In this document: positions 29,098 to 39,311 of the stretch, in pieces
Position numbering within the stretch: position 1 is the stretch's first letter
How the letters are laid out: the number at the start of each line of letters is the position of its first letter
DNA from: Candidatus Gottesmanbacteria bacterium
Lineage (GTDB): Bacteria; Patescibacteriota; Microgenomatia; UBA10105; UBA927
Length of the DNA stretch: 56,688 nucleotides
Assembly: GCA_043798445.1 (NCBI GenBank)
Contig: JAZDOQ010000018.1
Coordinates: 1-56,688, forward strand
Reading direction: 5' to 3'
Notes under the pieces: generated by a model
Told to the model about the DNA's origin: nothing
What the model saw: the letters and a program-made list of their open reading frames with translations, nothing else
Database searches by the model: none
Position numbers and translations under genes: made by a program

Positions 29098-31224
29098 TTA
29101 TCGCTCTACCGCGATCCGTACGTCAAGCACTTTCCCACCCTGCCCCTGCGGCAATAATAAAAACGGATTGATATCCAACTCGACAATCTCCCTATGATCA
29201 ACAACCAACTGTGATAATCGCTCAAGACATGCGGCAAGTGTGTCAATATCCATCGCTGGCTTTCCGCGAATTCCCTGTAGAATCGTATATACTTTTAACC
29301 TCTTAATCATAAAAACTGCATCATCGTGGCTCAGCGGCACAACACCAAAGCAAACATCCTTAAACGCTTCAACATATATCCCTCCTAATCCCACCATTAG
29401 CATGGTGCCAAATCCTGGCTGTTTGTCTACACCCAAAATAAGTTCGATTCCACCAATTGGCGCCATTTCTACAAGTAAAACTCCATCAAGTTTTGCATTC
29501 GGCGCATTTGTTGCAACCAGGTCCATAATACTGTCGTATGAAGTAAGCGCATTTTCTGGCGTTACATGCAAGACAATGCCACCAACATCGCTTTTATGTG
29601 TGATATCCGGTGAAACAATTTTCATGGCAACCGGTGATTTAAAGCATTCTACAACCGAAACAATATCTTGACGACGGGAAACGGTTGCTGAGGCAAGCGT
29701 TGGAAATCCGTATGCTTTCAATATTTCATGCGCCTGTTTCTCGGGGAGTAACTCTTTTTTTCCGTTGTCATAACGCGATAGGATGTCAGACACAGCTGTT
29801 GCATCAATATCCGCAAACGTCCGCGGCGTGTCATCGATTTCTCTCGCTTTCTCAACAGAAAACTTAGTGAATGTTGCAAGTGCACACGATGCATCCTCGG
29901 GATACGCGAATGCTGCAACATTTGCTTTCCGGAGAAGACTCATTCCTGGAGCGACAAGCGGGCCGCCGACAAATGAAACACCGATGGGTTTATCAATTGT
30001 TTTTTTAAGTTCAATAATTTTTTGCGCTGTCTCCACAATTTCCGTTCCTGCTTGCGGCGTTAACAATATAAGCAGGCTGTCGACATTTACGTCGTTTGCA
30101 ATTACATCAAATGCGGACTTGTACCGATTACTTTTTGCATCTCCCAACACATCAATGGGATTTAAACAATTTGCACACATCGGAAGTTGTTCTTTAAGAA
30201 GTGCTACTGTTTTGTCTTCAAGTTTTGCCATGGTGAGTCCTGAAAGTACCGCGGCATCTGTCATCAATACACCTGGACCGCCCGCATTGGTAATAACAGC
30301 AACACGATTCCCTTTTGGAAGTGGGTTATGCACAAACATTAAAGCATTGGAAAACAATTCTTGGATTGTTTCAACGCGAATGGCACCTGATTGGAATGAA
30401 ACTGCGTCATAGTATGCATCATTTCCGCCAAGAGCACCCGTATGGGAGACAGACGCGGTTGCGCCCGCTTTGGTTCGACCGGCTTTCAGGAAAATGATAG
30501 GTTTTGCGTTCAGCCCATGCGTAACAGTTCGTGCGACCTTCACGAATGATGCGGCATCCTTGATGTCTTCAACATACATAAGGATAACCTTCGTTTTTTC
30601 ATCAGTTGCAAAATAGGAAAGCAGTGCTGTCTCGTCGACAACTGCCTTGTTTCCGACGCTGACGAATTTTGAAAACCCGATATCTAAGTCCCTTGCAAAA
30701 TCAATAACCGCTGTTCCGAGTGCGCCGCTTTGAGAAATAAATGCGATAGATCCTGCTTTCGGCGTGATTGGTGCAAATGATGCATTAATCCCCAATTCTG
30801 GGTTAATAACACCCAAACAATTCGGTCCGATCATGGCAATATCATATTTCTCGCATAGGAGTCGAAGCTTCTCTTCCCGTTTTTTCCCGTCTTCTCCTGC
30901 CTCTTTAAATCCTGCAGAAATAATAACGAGCCCTTTTACACCGCATTTCCCCGCTTCTTCAACAATGGATAATACAATATCAGCCTTTACAGCAATGACA
31001 GCAAGATCAACAGGTTTTCCAATGGCAGACAGAGACCATACGGAAGCAATCCCTTCAATCTTTTGCGCTGTCGGATTCACAGGATAGATTGTTCCTTTAA
31101 ATCCATTACCCATCAAATTTTTCATGAGGTTATTTCCAACACTCCCGGGTTTTGCAGAAGCGCCAACAAGGGCAATAGAAGTTGGTGAAAAAATGGAAGT
31201 AAATGTTTGTGCATTCATATTCAT
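29098..31224 (-). CDS. ADP-forming acetate--CoA ligase (alpha/beta fusion)
   Basis: GPNCLG, SQSGA, SHTGAL phospho-His, TNAGG, NPID, HKSDVGG ATP-grasp, DINP. Confidence 0.93.
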   Translation of the reverse strand: MNMNAQTFTSIFSPTSIALVGASAKPGSVGNNLMKNLMGNGFKGTIYPVNPTAQKIEGIASVWSLSAIGKPVDLAVIAVKADIVLSIVEEAGKCGVKGLVIISAGFKEAGEDGKKREEKLRLLCEKYDIAMIGPNCLGVINPELGINASFAPITPKAGSIAFISQSGALGTAVIDFARDLDIGFSKFVSVGNKAVVDETALLSYFATDEKTKVILMYVEDIKDAASFVKVARTVTHGLNAKPIIFLKAGRTKAGATASVSHTGALGGNDAYYDAVSFQSGAIRVETIQELFSNALMFVHNPLPKGNRVAVITNAGGPGVLMTDAAVLSGLTMAKLEDKTVALLKEQLPMCANCLNPIDVLGDAKSNRYKSAFDVIANDVNVDSLLILLTPQAGTEIVETAQKIIELKKTIDKPIGVSFVGGPLVAPGMSLLRKANVAAFAYPEDASCALATFTKFSVEKAREIDDTPRTFADIDATAVSDILSRYDNGKKELLPEKQAHEILKAYGFPTLASATVSRRQDIVSVVECFKSPVAMKIVSPDITHKSDVGGIVLHVTPENALTSYDSIMDLVATNAPNAKLDGVLLVEMAPIGGIELILGVDKQPGFGTMLMVGLGGIYVEAFKDVCFGVVPLSHDDAVFMIKRLKVYTILQGIRGKPAMDIDTLAACLERLSQLVVDHREIVELDINPFLLLPQGQGGKVLDVRIAVER

Positions 31225-31320
31225 ATTGTACACAATATATTCTTCTTCTATTCTACACCATAATTACACATTTATTGACACTATATATCGTCTCGTGAAA
31301 GAATAGATATACTGAAAAAA

Positions 31321-31701
31321 ATGAGTATGAAAGAAAAAAAGGATAATACTATTATCTATATCATCAGCACTATATCCTTCATCCTGATGGGAATTGTCTT
31401 GACCGGTATCATCGATAAAACAAAATCAAGCGATATCAGAACCCGCGCAAGCACAACAAGCGGTATATCGGCAACCGCTGTTGTATCTGACATCAAATAC
31501 GATACTGGTACCATCATCATTGATCAACTCATATTTGCAAGCAGTCCTGAAAAAGGTCTAGGAAGCTGGATTGTCACACCGCCATCAGGATTCAAACTGG
31601 ATTCAATCAATATAGGAAGCTCAATAAAACTCATGATTGAACCGTCAACGTTTGCGATCACCTCACATTCACTCACCGCAAAAGAAATAAAGAAGAAGTA
31701 A
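31321..31701 (+). CDS. Single-TM hypothetical protein with DIRTRA motif
   Basis: N-terminal TM followed by SDIRTRAS. Confidence 0.65.
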   Translation: MSMKEKKDNTIIYIISTISFILMGIVLTGIIDKTKSSDIRTRASTTSGISATAVVSDIKYDTGTIIIDQLIFASSPEKGLGSWIVTPPSGFKLDSINIGSSIKLMIEPSTFAITSHSLTAKEIKKK

Positions 31702-31706
31702 AAAAA

Positions 31707-33122
31707 TTATTGTTTCCTGATAACAACTCCATGAGGAGTATCTTCTAGCGTATATCCTTCCGCAAGTATTTGATCCCGAATCACATCTGACTCCGTAAAT
31801 TTCTTTTCTTCCCTAAGTTTTTTCCGCTTATCTCCCAGCGCTTGAATTTTTTCAGGAATTGATTCCTCATTCCAACTCGTTAACCGCAATCCCAATACCG
31901 TATCAAACTCACTAATCAAACTGCGTTTCTCACCTGGTGTTGCATCCCCCCTCATCATATCCCACACAATGGATAATGCCTGCGGAATATTAATATCATC
32001 AGAAATGGAATCAATAAATTTTTTCTGTACCACGGACGCTAATACACCGTAGTTTTTCTCAGGCGTTGCGTGCTGCAGCTTAAGAATTTTCTCCCGAAGA
32101 TCCCGTAATGCATTTTTTGACGCTTCCAGTGCTTCCCAGGTAAAATTTTGTTTCGATCGGTAGTGTGCCTGTAAAAAGAAATACCGCAAGGTTAACGGAT
32201 CATATCCTTTATCAATAATTTCTGAAAGCGCATATCCTGTTCCTTCAGATTTTGCCATCTTTTTTCCATTAACGAGCAGATGCTCATTATGCAGCCAATA
32301 GTGAACAAATGGTACACCATTAGCAGCTTCACTTTGTGCAATTTCGTTCGTATGATGAACAGGAATATGTTCAACGCCTCCCATATGAATATCAATCGTT
32401 TCTCCTAGAAGTGCTTTTGTCATAGCAGAACATTCAAGATGCCATCCGGGAAATCCTTCACCGTCATGGACGAGTGGAGAAAAAAATGGCGACTTCCAGT
32501 ACTGCACGGCATTCGTCCACACACCTGCTCGGAAAAACCAAAGAGCGAAATCTGCCTGGTGTTTTTTTCTCGGATCTGATATATCCGCTTTCCCCGCTCC
32601 TTCCATCATTTTATCCATCTGTTGATGCGAAAGATTCGTATAGGTCGAAAATTTCGTAACATCAAAATATACGGCAAGGTCGGTCGTATATGCATAGCCT
32701 TTTTCAAGAAGTATTGATACGAGATCAATCATCTCCTTTATATATTTCGTTGCACGCGGTGCAGTTGTTGGCTTTTTCAAATGAATTTTCGTCACGTCCC
32801 CTTCAAATTGTTGAATATATTTTTTTGCAATCTCATCCGGTGTTAATCCTTCCCGCTTCACTCCTTTTTCCATCTTGTCTTCCCCTGTATCGGCGTCTGA
32901 TGTCAAATGGCCAACGTCCGTGTAGTTTCTGACATGTTTCACCGTAAATCCACTGTATTCAAGTGCTCTTCGTACCAAATCTCCCATGGTCATCCCGCGT
33001 AAATTGCCGATATGTTGCGTCCAGTACACCGTTGGTCCGCAGTGATAAAACAGGACATGCCCCGGAGTAATCGGAACAAATTTCTCTTTTTTTCTGGTCA
33101 ATGTGTTATACAGCGTCAACAT
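31707..33122 (-). CDS. cysS: Cysteine--tRNA ligase
   Basis: CGPTVY, HIGN, PGWHLEC, HHTNE, KMAKS. Confidence 0.98.
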   Translation of the reverse strand: MLTLYNTLTRKKEKFVPITPGHVLFYHCGPTVYWTQHIGNLRGMTMGDLVRRALEYSGFTVKHVRNYTDVGHLTSDADTGEDKMEKGVKREGLTPDEIAKKYIQQFEGDVTKIHLKKPTTAPRATKYIKEMIDLVSILLEKGYAYTTDLAVYFDVTKFSTYTNLSHQQMDKMMEGAGKADISDPRKKHQADFALWFFRAGVWTNAVQYWKSPFFSPLVHDGEGFPGWHLECSAMTKALLGETIDIHMGGVEHIPVHHTNEIAQSEAANGVPFVHYWLHNEHLLVNGKKMAKSEGTGYALSEIIDKGYDPLTLRYFFLQAHYRSKQNFTWEALEASKNALRDLREKILKLQHATPEKNYGVLASVVQKKFIDSISDDINIPQALSIVWDMMRGDATPGEKRSLISEFDTVLGLRLTSWNEESIPEKIQALGDKRKKLREEKKFTESDVIRDQILAEGYTLEDTPHGVVIRKQ

Positions 33123-33142
33123 ATCAATACCTCTATTATATA

Positions 33143-33628
33143 TCAGTCCTGCCTCACATTTTTACTCATCTCTGTTGAACTTTTTCCTTTAATCCCATAC
33201 AGATCGCCTCGACGTTTTTTTGATGACATCTTTGGCATCTTCGCAAATGCTGACTGTTCTGCTTGTTTTTTTACCATCTCCTTTTTCTCCTGCTCTTTTT
33301 TTTGTTTTTCCTCCCAAACAGATACGGGAGGTTTTTCTCCTTTTGATGCAAACTGTTCAAGCGCAGCCCGCGCTATTGCGCGTTTTACTTTCACATCGTT
33401 TGTTTCTTCCATTGCTCCGAGCGCCCCATCTGGTTTTTTTGACATCTCTACTCCGCCTTCCTGTTGTTTTCCCGATCCGTGCTGTTGTCCCTTGCCAGAC
33501 GATGTACCCGTTAAGCTTTCTAAAATTTTTCCGGCAATATCTATTGGTGCTTTCACCACTTCCCTGACAACATCTTTCCCGATGTCTTCAAATGAACCAA
33601 TCATTGGAGGTTTGAATCCCGATTTCAT
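33143..33628 (-). CDS. Hypothetical charged/low-complexity protein
   Basis: K/E/Q-rich ORF co-oriented within the operon. Confidence 0.6.
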   Translation of the reverse strand: MKSGFKPPMIGSFEDIGKDVVREVVKAPIDIAGKILESLTGTSSGKGQQHGSGKQQEGGVEMSKKPDGALGAMEETNDVKVKRAIARAALEQFASKGEKPPVSVWEEKQKKEQEKKEMVKKQAEQSAFAKMPKMSSKKRRGDLYGIKGKSSTEMSKNVRQD

Positions 33629-33635
33629 ATATTTG

Positions 33636-33935
33636 TTACATACCGAGCTGCGCCCTCGCTTCATCCGTCATACGGTCCACTGACCACGGCGGTTCAAATG
33701 TAAGTTCAATGGTTACTTTTTTTACTCCTTTTACTTTTTTTACATGTTCTTCAATATCGCTTTGAATCGTTCCAAACAACGGACATCCAACAGATGTTAA
33801 CGTCATTACCACTTCAATATTCCCTTTGGGATCAATATGCAAATCATAAATGAGTCCAAGATCCCAAATGCTGATACCAAGCTCCGGATCAGGAATGTGT
33901 CGTAACGCGTCAACAATATGCTCACGTTGCACCAT
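33636..33935 (-). CDS. DUF59/SufT-like metal-sulfur cluster assembly factor
   Basis: DPELGISIWDLGLIY, TLTSVGCP, PPWS. Confidence 0.92.
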   Translation of the reverse strand: MVQREHIVDALRHIPDPELGISIWDLGLIYDLHIDPKGNIEVVMTLTSVGCPLFGTIQSDIEEHVKKVKGVKKVTIELTFEPPWSVDRMTDEARAQLGM

Positions 33936-33940
33936 AGAAA

Positions 33941-34561
33941 TCAATACTCCCTTCTTCCCTCAAGTGCTCGCTTGAGCGTTACCTCATCCGCATATTCAAT
34001 ATCTCCGCCTATTGGAATGCCATGAGCGAGTCTCGTGATTTTAACTCCTCTAAATCGTGGGGCGGTGGTTGCAAGTTGCTTTTGGATATACATGGCTGTT
34101 GCTTCTCCCTCCATTGTCGGATTCATCGCAAAAATCATTTCAATCACCGGCTCTTGTTGATTTTTGATGCGTTTCAGCAAATCAGCAATATATATTTCAT
34201 CAGGACCGATATTGTTTAACGGATCAATGCTTCCATGAAGCACATGATACACACCGCGGAATGCACCTGTCCGTTCAATCGACAACACATCGGTTGGCTG
34301 TTCAACAAGACAAATTGTTGCATGATCACGTCGTGGATCACTGCAAATCTGACAGGGATCTGCCTCTGTCACATTTTTACACACACTGCATAACACCGTA
34401 TTTGCTTTGAGTGCCACAAGAGAGTCAGCAAACCGCTTAATTTCATCTGTCGGAACGTGGAGCAAATAAAATGTTAAGCGCTGTGCTGTTTTTGGTCCAA
34501 TGCCTGGAAGCCGTTCAAACGATTCAATAACGCGCGTCACTGATTTTGGAAGGATACTCAT
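33941..34561 (-). CDS. recR: Recombination protein RecR
   Basis: LPGIGPKTAQR, C4 zinc finger, YHVLHG, EGEATA, IEYADEVTL. Confidence 0.97.
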   Translation of the reverse strand: MSILPKSVTRVIESFERLPGIGPKTAQRLTFYLLHVPTDEIKRFADSLVALKANTVLCSVCKNVTEADPCQICSDPRRDHATICLVEQPTDVLSIERTGAFRGVYHVLHGSIDPLNNIGPDEIYIADLLKRIKNQQEPVIEMIFAMNPTMEGEATAMYIQKQLATTAPRFRGVKITRLAHGIPIGGDIEYADEVTLKRALEGRREY

Positions 34562-34568
34562 AAAAAAC

Positions 34569-35483
34569 TTACCGGGTGATAGTTGAAATTGCTGATGCAA
34601 TGATTGGGGCCACTGAAATAACAGTTGTCCCTTTCGGAAGCCGCTTGTCTGCAGCAACAATTGTATCCGTCACGATCAAATGATCGATTTGTGCTTTTTC
34701 CAAATTTTGTTTTACGTCTCCTGCAAGCACTGCATGTGATGCACAGACAATAACAGACGTTGCGCCTGCGGCTCGAAGCGCTTCAGCACCGTGCTTAATT
34801 GTACCGCCCGTCGAAATAATATCATCATTGATGATGGCGGTTCTTCCTTTCACATCTCCGATGATTTGAAAATTTTCACTGGTATCATGCCTGTCAATAA
34901 ACCGCTTTTTCTCCATAACAATCAAATCGGCGTCAAGCTGATAGGCAAAGTTTCGTGCGCGCCTCACACCGCCCACATCAGGAGAGACTACAACAGGATC
35001 CTTTACTCCTAGTTTTTTAACCGCATCAACAAAAACCGGCATGGCACTGATATGCATCACCGGAATTTGGAAAAATCCGACAATGGCGTCATTATGTAGA
35101 TCAACAACAATCACTTCCTTAAACTTTGAAACTTCAATAAGTTTTGCAATCACTCTTGAAGAAATCGGTTCTCCAACTCTATGTTGTTTATCCTGTCTGG
35201 AATACCCCATATACGGAATAATCGCAATCATGGTTTTTGGGGCACTCCTGCGGATTGCATCTCCCATCAACGCCATTTCTATGATGTACTGATCCATCGG
35301 ATTTGAAAACGATTGCAGCACAAAGACTGTCTTGTCCCTGACATCCTCTTGGATCCATGGACGTACTTCTCCATCAGCAAATCGTGTAAGTTCAACGCTT
35401 CCTAAATTGATATGTAACTGTTGCGCTATCCGCTCCGCAAGTACATGATTACTGGAACCCGCGAAGAGTAAGTAGTCTTTCAT
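34569..35483 (-). CDS. prs: Ribose-phosphate pyrophosphokinase
   Basis: FADGE, PYMGYSRQD, DLH, SPDVGG, DDIISTGGT. Confidence 0.96.
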   Translation of the reverse strand: MKDYLLFAGSSNHVLAERIAQQLHINLGSVELTRFADGEVRPWIQEDVRDKTVFVLQSFSNPMDQYIIEMALMGDAIRRSAPKTMIAIIPYMGYSRQDKQHRVGEPISSRVIAKLIEVSKFKEVIVVDLHNDAIVGFFQIPVMHISAMPVFVDAVKKLGVKDPVVVSPDVGGVRRARNFAYQLDADLIVMEKKRFIDRHDTSENFQIIGDVKGRTAIINDDIISTGGTIKHGAEALRAAGATSVIVCASHAVLAGDVKQNLEKAQIDHLIVTDTIVAADKRLPKGTTVISVAPIIASAISTITR

Positions 35484-35548
35484 ATATATTTGTTATACCT
35501 GTTTTAACCCAAAGTAATCAAGGACCGAATTTTCCAAGTATTAAAAAA

Positions 35549-35761
35549 TTATTTCTTCTTCGGTATAAGTTCAGAAATGCGATAGGCTAAACGAGTTTCC
35601 CGTATTGATAAATGCGGCGCTGTGTTCTCTAAATGAGAAAAATCCAATTTATTTGGATCCGTTTTCTGAAAGTAGTTCACTGTAGAAACAAATTCCCCTA
35701 TATGCTTGCCTAAGGATATTGGCCTTGGTTGACGTCCTCTTTCAACTGCTTCAGTATTCAT
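35549..35761 (-). CDS. Hypothetical small protein
   Basis: 70 aa; SD AAGGAGGT upstream. Confidence 0.55.
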   Translation of the reverse strand: MNTEAVERGRQPRPISLGKHIGEFVSTVNYFQKTDPNKLDFSHLENTAPHLSIRETRLAYRISELIPKKK

Positions 35762-35775
35762 AATACCTACCTCCT

Positions 35776-36561
35776 TTATTGAACAGCTATACTAAATTCT
35801 GTTTCTATATGTGGCTTTCCGAATTCTTTCCATGCAGAAAGTCCGCGCAAAAAAATCTCCATGAACCTGTCATTCCCACCTGATGACCCTGGTGCAAATG
35901 CAAGTTCCCCTTCGCGAACAGAGAAACTTCCGTTAGTGTAAAATGCCGTTCGTTTCATCTCGCCAATCGTCACCATGATCGGTTGACCCGGTTGGAACTT
36001 CACCGATGACATACGCGTTGTAGTTTTCATGTTGCCGTACCCGTCAATCCATGCAATCTTGTGTTCTGATATATCCGGAATGAGGGATGGTGATATTGAT
36101 TCACCGATCCATTTTTTTTCACCGTTTGCAATCCCAATGACTGCTTCGGGATAAAAGTCACGGGACCGGAATTGTGATCCTTTGTTTGCAACATTCACGT
36201 AATATAGTTTGTTTATCTCAGGCTTAATAAAAGAAAAACAATATCCGGAATTCACACCAACAACACGAACACCGTTTTTAAGTATTGCGTATACCAATCC
36301 TTCTCCTTCATTTGCATGCCGTTTTTCTTTGTTGTCTTTCCGAGGCGCAGTATTGGTATAGATAACCATGTCGGGAATTGGATTTACCAACGCATATTGC
36401 GCAGTCCAAAATCCGGTGGCAATTGTTGAAAATGCGGGAACACCGGTTGTCACACACTCAACAGTCCTATCAAATCCTTTTAATTTCTGAATAACCTCGG
36501 CAAATGAGGGATCACCTGTTCCATAATCGGCGATGATATGAAGAAAAATTGATTGGTTCAT
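35776..36561 (-). CDS. SAM hydroxide adenosyltransferase/chlorinase-fluorinase family (DUF62-like) protein
   Basis: IADYG..D, FRSRD (FxGRD-like), IDGYGN.KT, GSSG..MEI. Confidence 0.75.
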   Translation of the reverse strand: MNQSIFLHIIADYGTGDPSFAEVIQKLKGFDRTVECVTTGVPAFSTIATGFWTAQYALVNPIPDMVIYTNTAPRKDNKEKRHANEGEGLVYAILKNGVRVVGVNSGYCFSFIKPEINKLYYVNVANKGSQFRSRDFYPEAVIGIANGEKKWIGESISPSLIPDISEHKIAWIDGYGNMKTTTRMSSVKFQPGQPIMVTIGEMKRTAFYTNGSFSVREGELAFAPGSSGGNDRFMEIFLRGLSAWKEFGKPHIETEFSIAVQ

Positions 36562-36564
36562 GGA

Positions 36565-36825
36565 TTACGTGCCTTTAGACATTTGGGCAAGTTGTCCTGC
36601 TGCTGCTTGCTGGGATTGTTTAATGACGTTTCCAATTGCTCGCTTTACGGATTCATTCGGAACTCCACCAATTGTCACAGATTGGACTTCCTGATTTCCA
36701 TTCATCGTTATCTCCACTTCCCCTTCTTTTGCAGTAAACGTCATGCCAGACAAAGCCTTTTGAATAGCCATAGCACTTTTTCTCATTTCATTCATATCAC
36801 CTAATTGTTTAAACGGATTAAACAT
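36565..36825 (-). CDS. ybaB: YbaB/EbfC nucleoid-associated protein
   Basis: Q..L...G.VEITMNG.QEV..V.I; follows dnaX. Confidence 0.85.
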   Translation of the reverse strand: MFNPFKQLGDMNEMRKSAMAIQKALSGMTFTAKEGEVEITMNGNQEVQSVTIGGVPNESVKRAIGNVIKQSQQAAAGQLAQMSKGT

Positions 36826-36839
36826 ATATTTTTCCTCCT

Positions 36840-38213
36840 TTATTTTTCTCCCAATACGACTTCTACGCGGACTTGCACACCAAATAATTTCTTGAACACC
36901 GTAGACAACATATCACGGACCTTCATCTCTGACAAGCGTTCCTGATGAAATTTGTACTGTGTTTCAATCGTCACAATTCCATTTTCAATACGTTTTGGAT
37001 GCGCCCCGCGAAGAACACCGGCAACAGAATGATTAAACGGCTTCAATGATTCAATCACGTCCTTCCAACACTCCACTAATTTTTCAACAGTAAATGATTC
37101 GTCGTTTGCTTCCACTGTTTTTTTTACTTCTTTCACGAAATCAGGGACAACGATTTTCGGTGTTACTTCTGACACAGGTGTAACCGGCCCGGTACAATAC
37201 TCCATAACTGCAAGTTCTATTGGAATTTCAGGTATTGGGGATGTTTTCATCAGGCCGTAGGCATCAATGAGACACTTCATGACGTGTTGAATACTCATTC
37301 TGTCCCACCCTAAAATCGTTTGTCCTTTTCCGATATTCACCAGTGATTCCTGAAGATCCCGCAGGATATCAACGATAAACCCTTTTATGTCTTTTGTTTC
37401 TGATACCAATAATTCAATAACGGCAAGTGCAGATTTTTCATCTTTAGCGGAAATTGCTTCTATAAACCGTTTCCGCTCCCCGCTATCGCTTGTTGAGAGA
37501 AGATCCGTAATAAAATCAATGGTAATTTTTTTCTTTGAAAAGCTGACTTGCTCTAACACTTTCACTGCGTCACGAAATGCCCCGTCTGACTCTGTTGCAA
37601 TGAAGGCAAGCGCGTCATCTTCGATGGTAATTGATTCTTTGGCAACAATTTTTTTAAGTGCGGAAATGAGTTCTTCTTGCGTTGCTTTTCGAAAAGGAAT
37701 CGCAATACACCGGGATTTAATGGTTGCCGGTATTTTTTGCTGGTCTGTCGTTGCCAGAACAAACACCGCGTGCTTCGGCGGTTCTTCAAGCGTTTTTAAC
37801 AGTGCATTAAACGCTTCGGGCGTTAACATGTGCACTTCGTCTATAATATATATCTTGTATTCTCCGCCAACTGGGGCAAGTGCAATTCTGTCCCGCAGTT
37901 CCCGAATCTCATCAATACCGCGGTTTGATGCCGCATCAATTTCAAGCACATCCATGTTCGTTCCGCGGGCTATAGATATACACGATTCACAAACGCCGCA
38001 CGGACCGCTCTTTTTTTTCAATTTTGAACAGAGGTATAGTTTTGCCAAAATCCTTGCTGCCGTTGTCTTTCCAGAGCCTTTTGGCCCTGTGAGAAGATAA
38101 GCGTGCGGGAGTTCTGATCGTTCTTTCTTAAGAAGTGAGCTCATCTGTTCCCGAACGTGGGTATTATCAATCTCGTCAATAACTTGCGGACGGTATGTTC
38201 GGTAAAAAGACAT
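36840..38213 (-). CDS. dnaX: DNA polymerase III subunit gamma/tau
   Basis: YRP, GPKGSGKTT, C4 zinc, EIDAASN, IDEVHML, SRC. Confidence 0.97.
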   Translation of the reverse strand: MSFYRTYRPQVIDEIDNTHVREQMSSLLKKERSELPHAYLLTGPKGSGKTTAARILAKLYLCSKLKKKSGPCGVCESCISIARGTNMDVLEIDAASNRGIDEIRELRDRIALAPVGGEYKIYIIDEVHMLTPEAFNALLKTLEEPPKHAVFVLATTDQQKIPATIKSRCIAIPFRKATQEELISALKKIVAKESITIEDDALAFIATESDGAFRDAVKVLEQVSFSKKKITIDFITDLLSTSDSGERKRFIEAISAKDEKSALAVIELLVSETKDIKGFIVDILRDLQESLVNIGKGQTILGWDRMSIQHVMKCLIDAYGLMKTSPIPEIPIELAVMEYCTGPVTPVSEVTPKIVVPDFVKEVKKTVEANDESFTVEKLVECWKDVIESLKPFNHSVAGVLRGAHPKRIENGIVTIETQYKFHQERLSEMKVRDMLSTVFKKLFGVQVRVEVVLGEK

Positions 38214-38231
38214 AGGCCAATAATAACACAC

Positions 38232-38630
38232 TTATTCAGGATGATGAATCCCTAATAAGTGGTTCAATCCGTGAAGAATGAGAAACTCAATGACATCATC
38301 AACGAGTTTGTTTTCTTCACCGGCTTCCCTCACTGCTTGCGGATATGATACAACGATGTCGCCGAGATGTAATATATCATCAGGGGGTCCAACAAACGAA
38401 ATACCGTTATACTTCCCCATTTCCTGAAGCGGAAATGAAAGAACATTTGTTGGATAATCTTTTTGTCTGTATGTTTTATTAAGCGCATGAATCTTCCGGT
38501 CGCCAACAATCATGATGCTCACATCCGCATCGCTTTCAATTTTTGAAGCCAAAAAATCCTGTACTGTTTTGGTGATGCGCTTTCTCGCAATGGGGTATCG
38601 GGACTCTGTCTGGATGGTAACGGTAACCAT
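38232..38630 (-). CDS. ybeY: rRNA maturation endoribonuclease YbeY
   Basis: LN..YR.KD.PTNVLSF, LGDI, HGLNHLLG.HH. Confidence 0.95.
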   Translation of the reverse strand: MVTVTIQTESRYPIARKRITKTVQDFLASKIESDADVSIMIVGDRKIHALNKTYRQKDYPTNVLSFPLQEMGKYNGISFVGPPDDILHLGDIVVSYPQAVREAGEENKLVDDVIEFLILHGLNHLLGIHHPE

Positions 38631-38633
38631 ATA

Positions 38634-39080
38634 TTATTTTGCCATCAATACCTTAAGGGTTGAAGACACGCGCCCACCATCCGCCTTGCCCGCAACGGCA
38701 GCCATTCCCTGTTTCATAAGAAGTCCGAAGTTTTGTTCACCAGAAACAGCAACGGGTGCAAGAAGTGCCTTAAGCTCTTCATCACTCATTTCCGCTGAAA
38801 CATAGGTAAGAAGAACATCGAGTTCCCCCTGCTCTTTAGTAACAAGTTCATCTCTTCCTGCGGTTTTAAATGCCTCAACCGATTCTTTATGTGTCTTTAC
38901 CTGTTTTTTGATAGTATCCATCACGTCAGCATCAGTTAATGCCGTATCGCTTGCGGCACCGTACTTTGCAATTGCAGCATTTCGGATTGCAGACAGCAAA
39001 AAACGGATGGTATCAACAGCCACCGTGTTTCTTGCTTTCATTGCAGTCACTAGATCAGTTTTTAAGGTATCAAGCAGCAT
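38634..39080 (-). CDS. GatB/YqeY domain protein
   Basis: AMKA, ES...F..AGR.EL, G..MK, GKADG. Confidence 0.92.
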   Translation of the reverse strand: MLLDTLKTDLVTAMKARNTVAVDTIRFLLSAIRNAAIAKYGAASDTALTDADVMDTIKKQVKTHKESVEAFKTAGRDELVTKEQGELDVLLTYVSAEMSDEELKALLAPVAVSGEQNFGLLMKQGMAAVAGKADGGRVSSTLKVLMAK

Positions 39081-39093
39081 ACATGTATCTCCT

Positions 39094-39282
39094 TTAGATT
39101 CTTCCTGGATGCCGAAGTCGTCGTGCTAAATCTCTCTTTTTTTCTTTTTTGATTTCAGCTGGTTTCTGATAAAATTCCCGCTTTTTAAGATCCTGCAATA
39201 CGCCTTCCATCAATACTTTGCGGGTAAATTTTCGAATGAGTGAATCTGAATTATCTCCTGGTTGTGCTTTCACAAATACCAT
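39094..39282 (-). CDS. rpsU: 30S ribosomal protein S21
   Basis: LIRKF.RKV, REFYQKP; rpsU-yqeY synteny. Confidence 0.92.
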   Translation of the reverse strand: MVFVKAQPGDNSDSLIRKFTRKVLMEGVLQDLKKREFYQKPAEIKKEKKRDLARRLRHPGRI

Positions 39283-39311
39283 ATAGTTTAAAAACACCTC
39301 CGTTTCCCTTT

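Noticed and set aside
33012-33683. 223-aa plus-strand ORF
   Set aside because: Antisense shadow of a Lys/Glu-rich minus-strand gene; overlaps cysS
37387-38100. 237-aa plus-strand ORF, and similar long antisense ORFs within hisC, eno and acd
   Set aside because: Antisense to confidently identified genes, with no motifs
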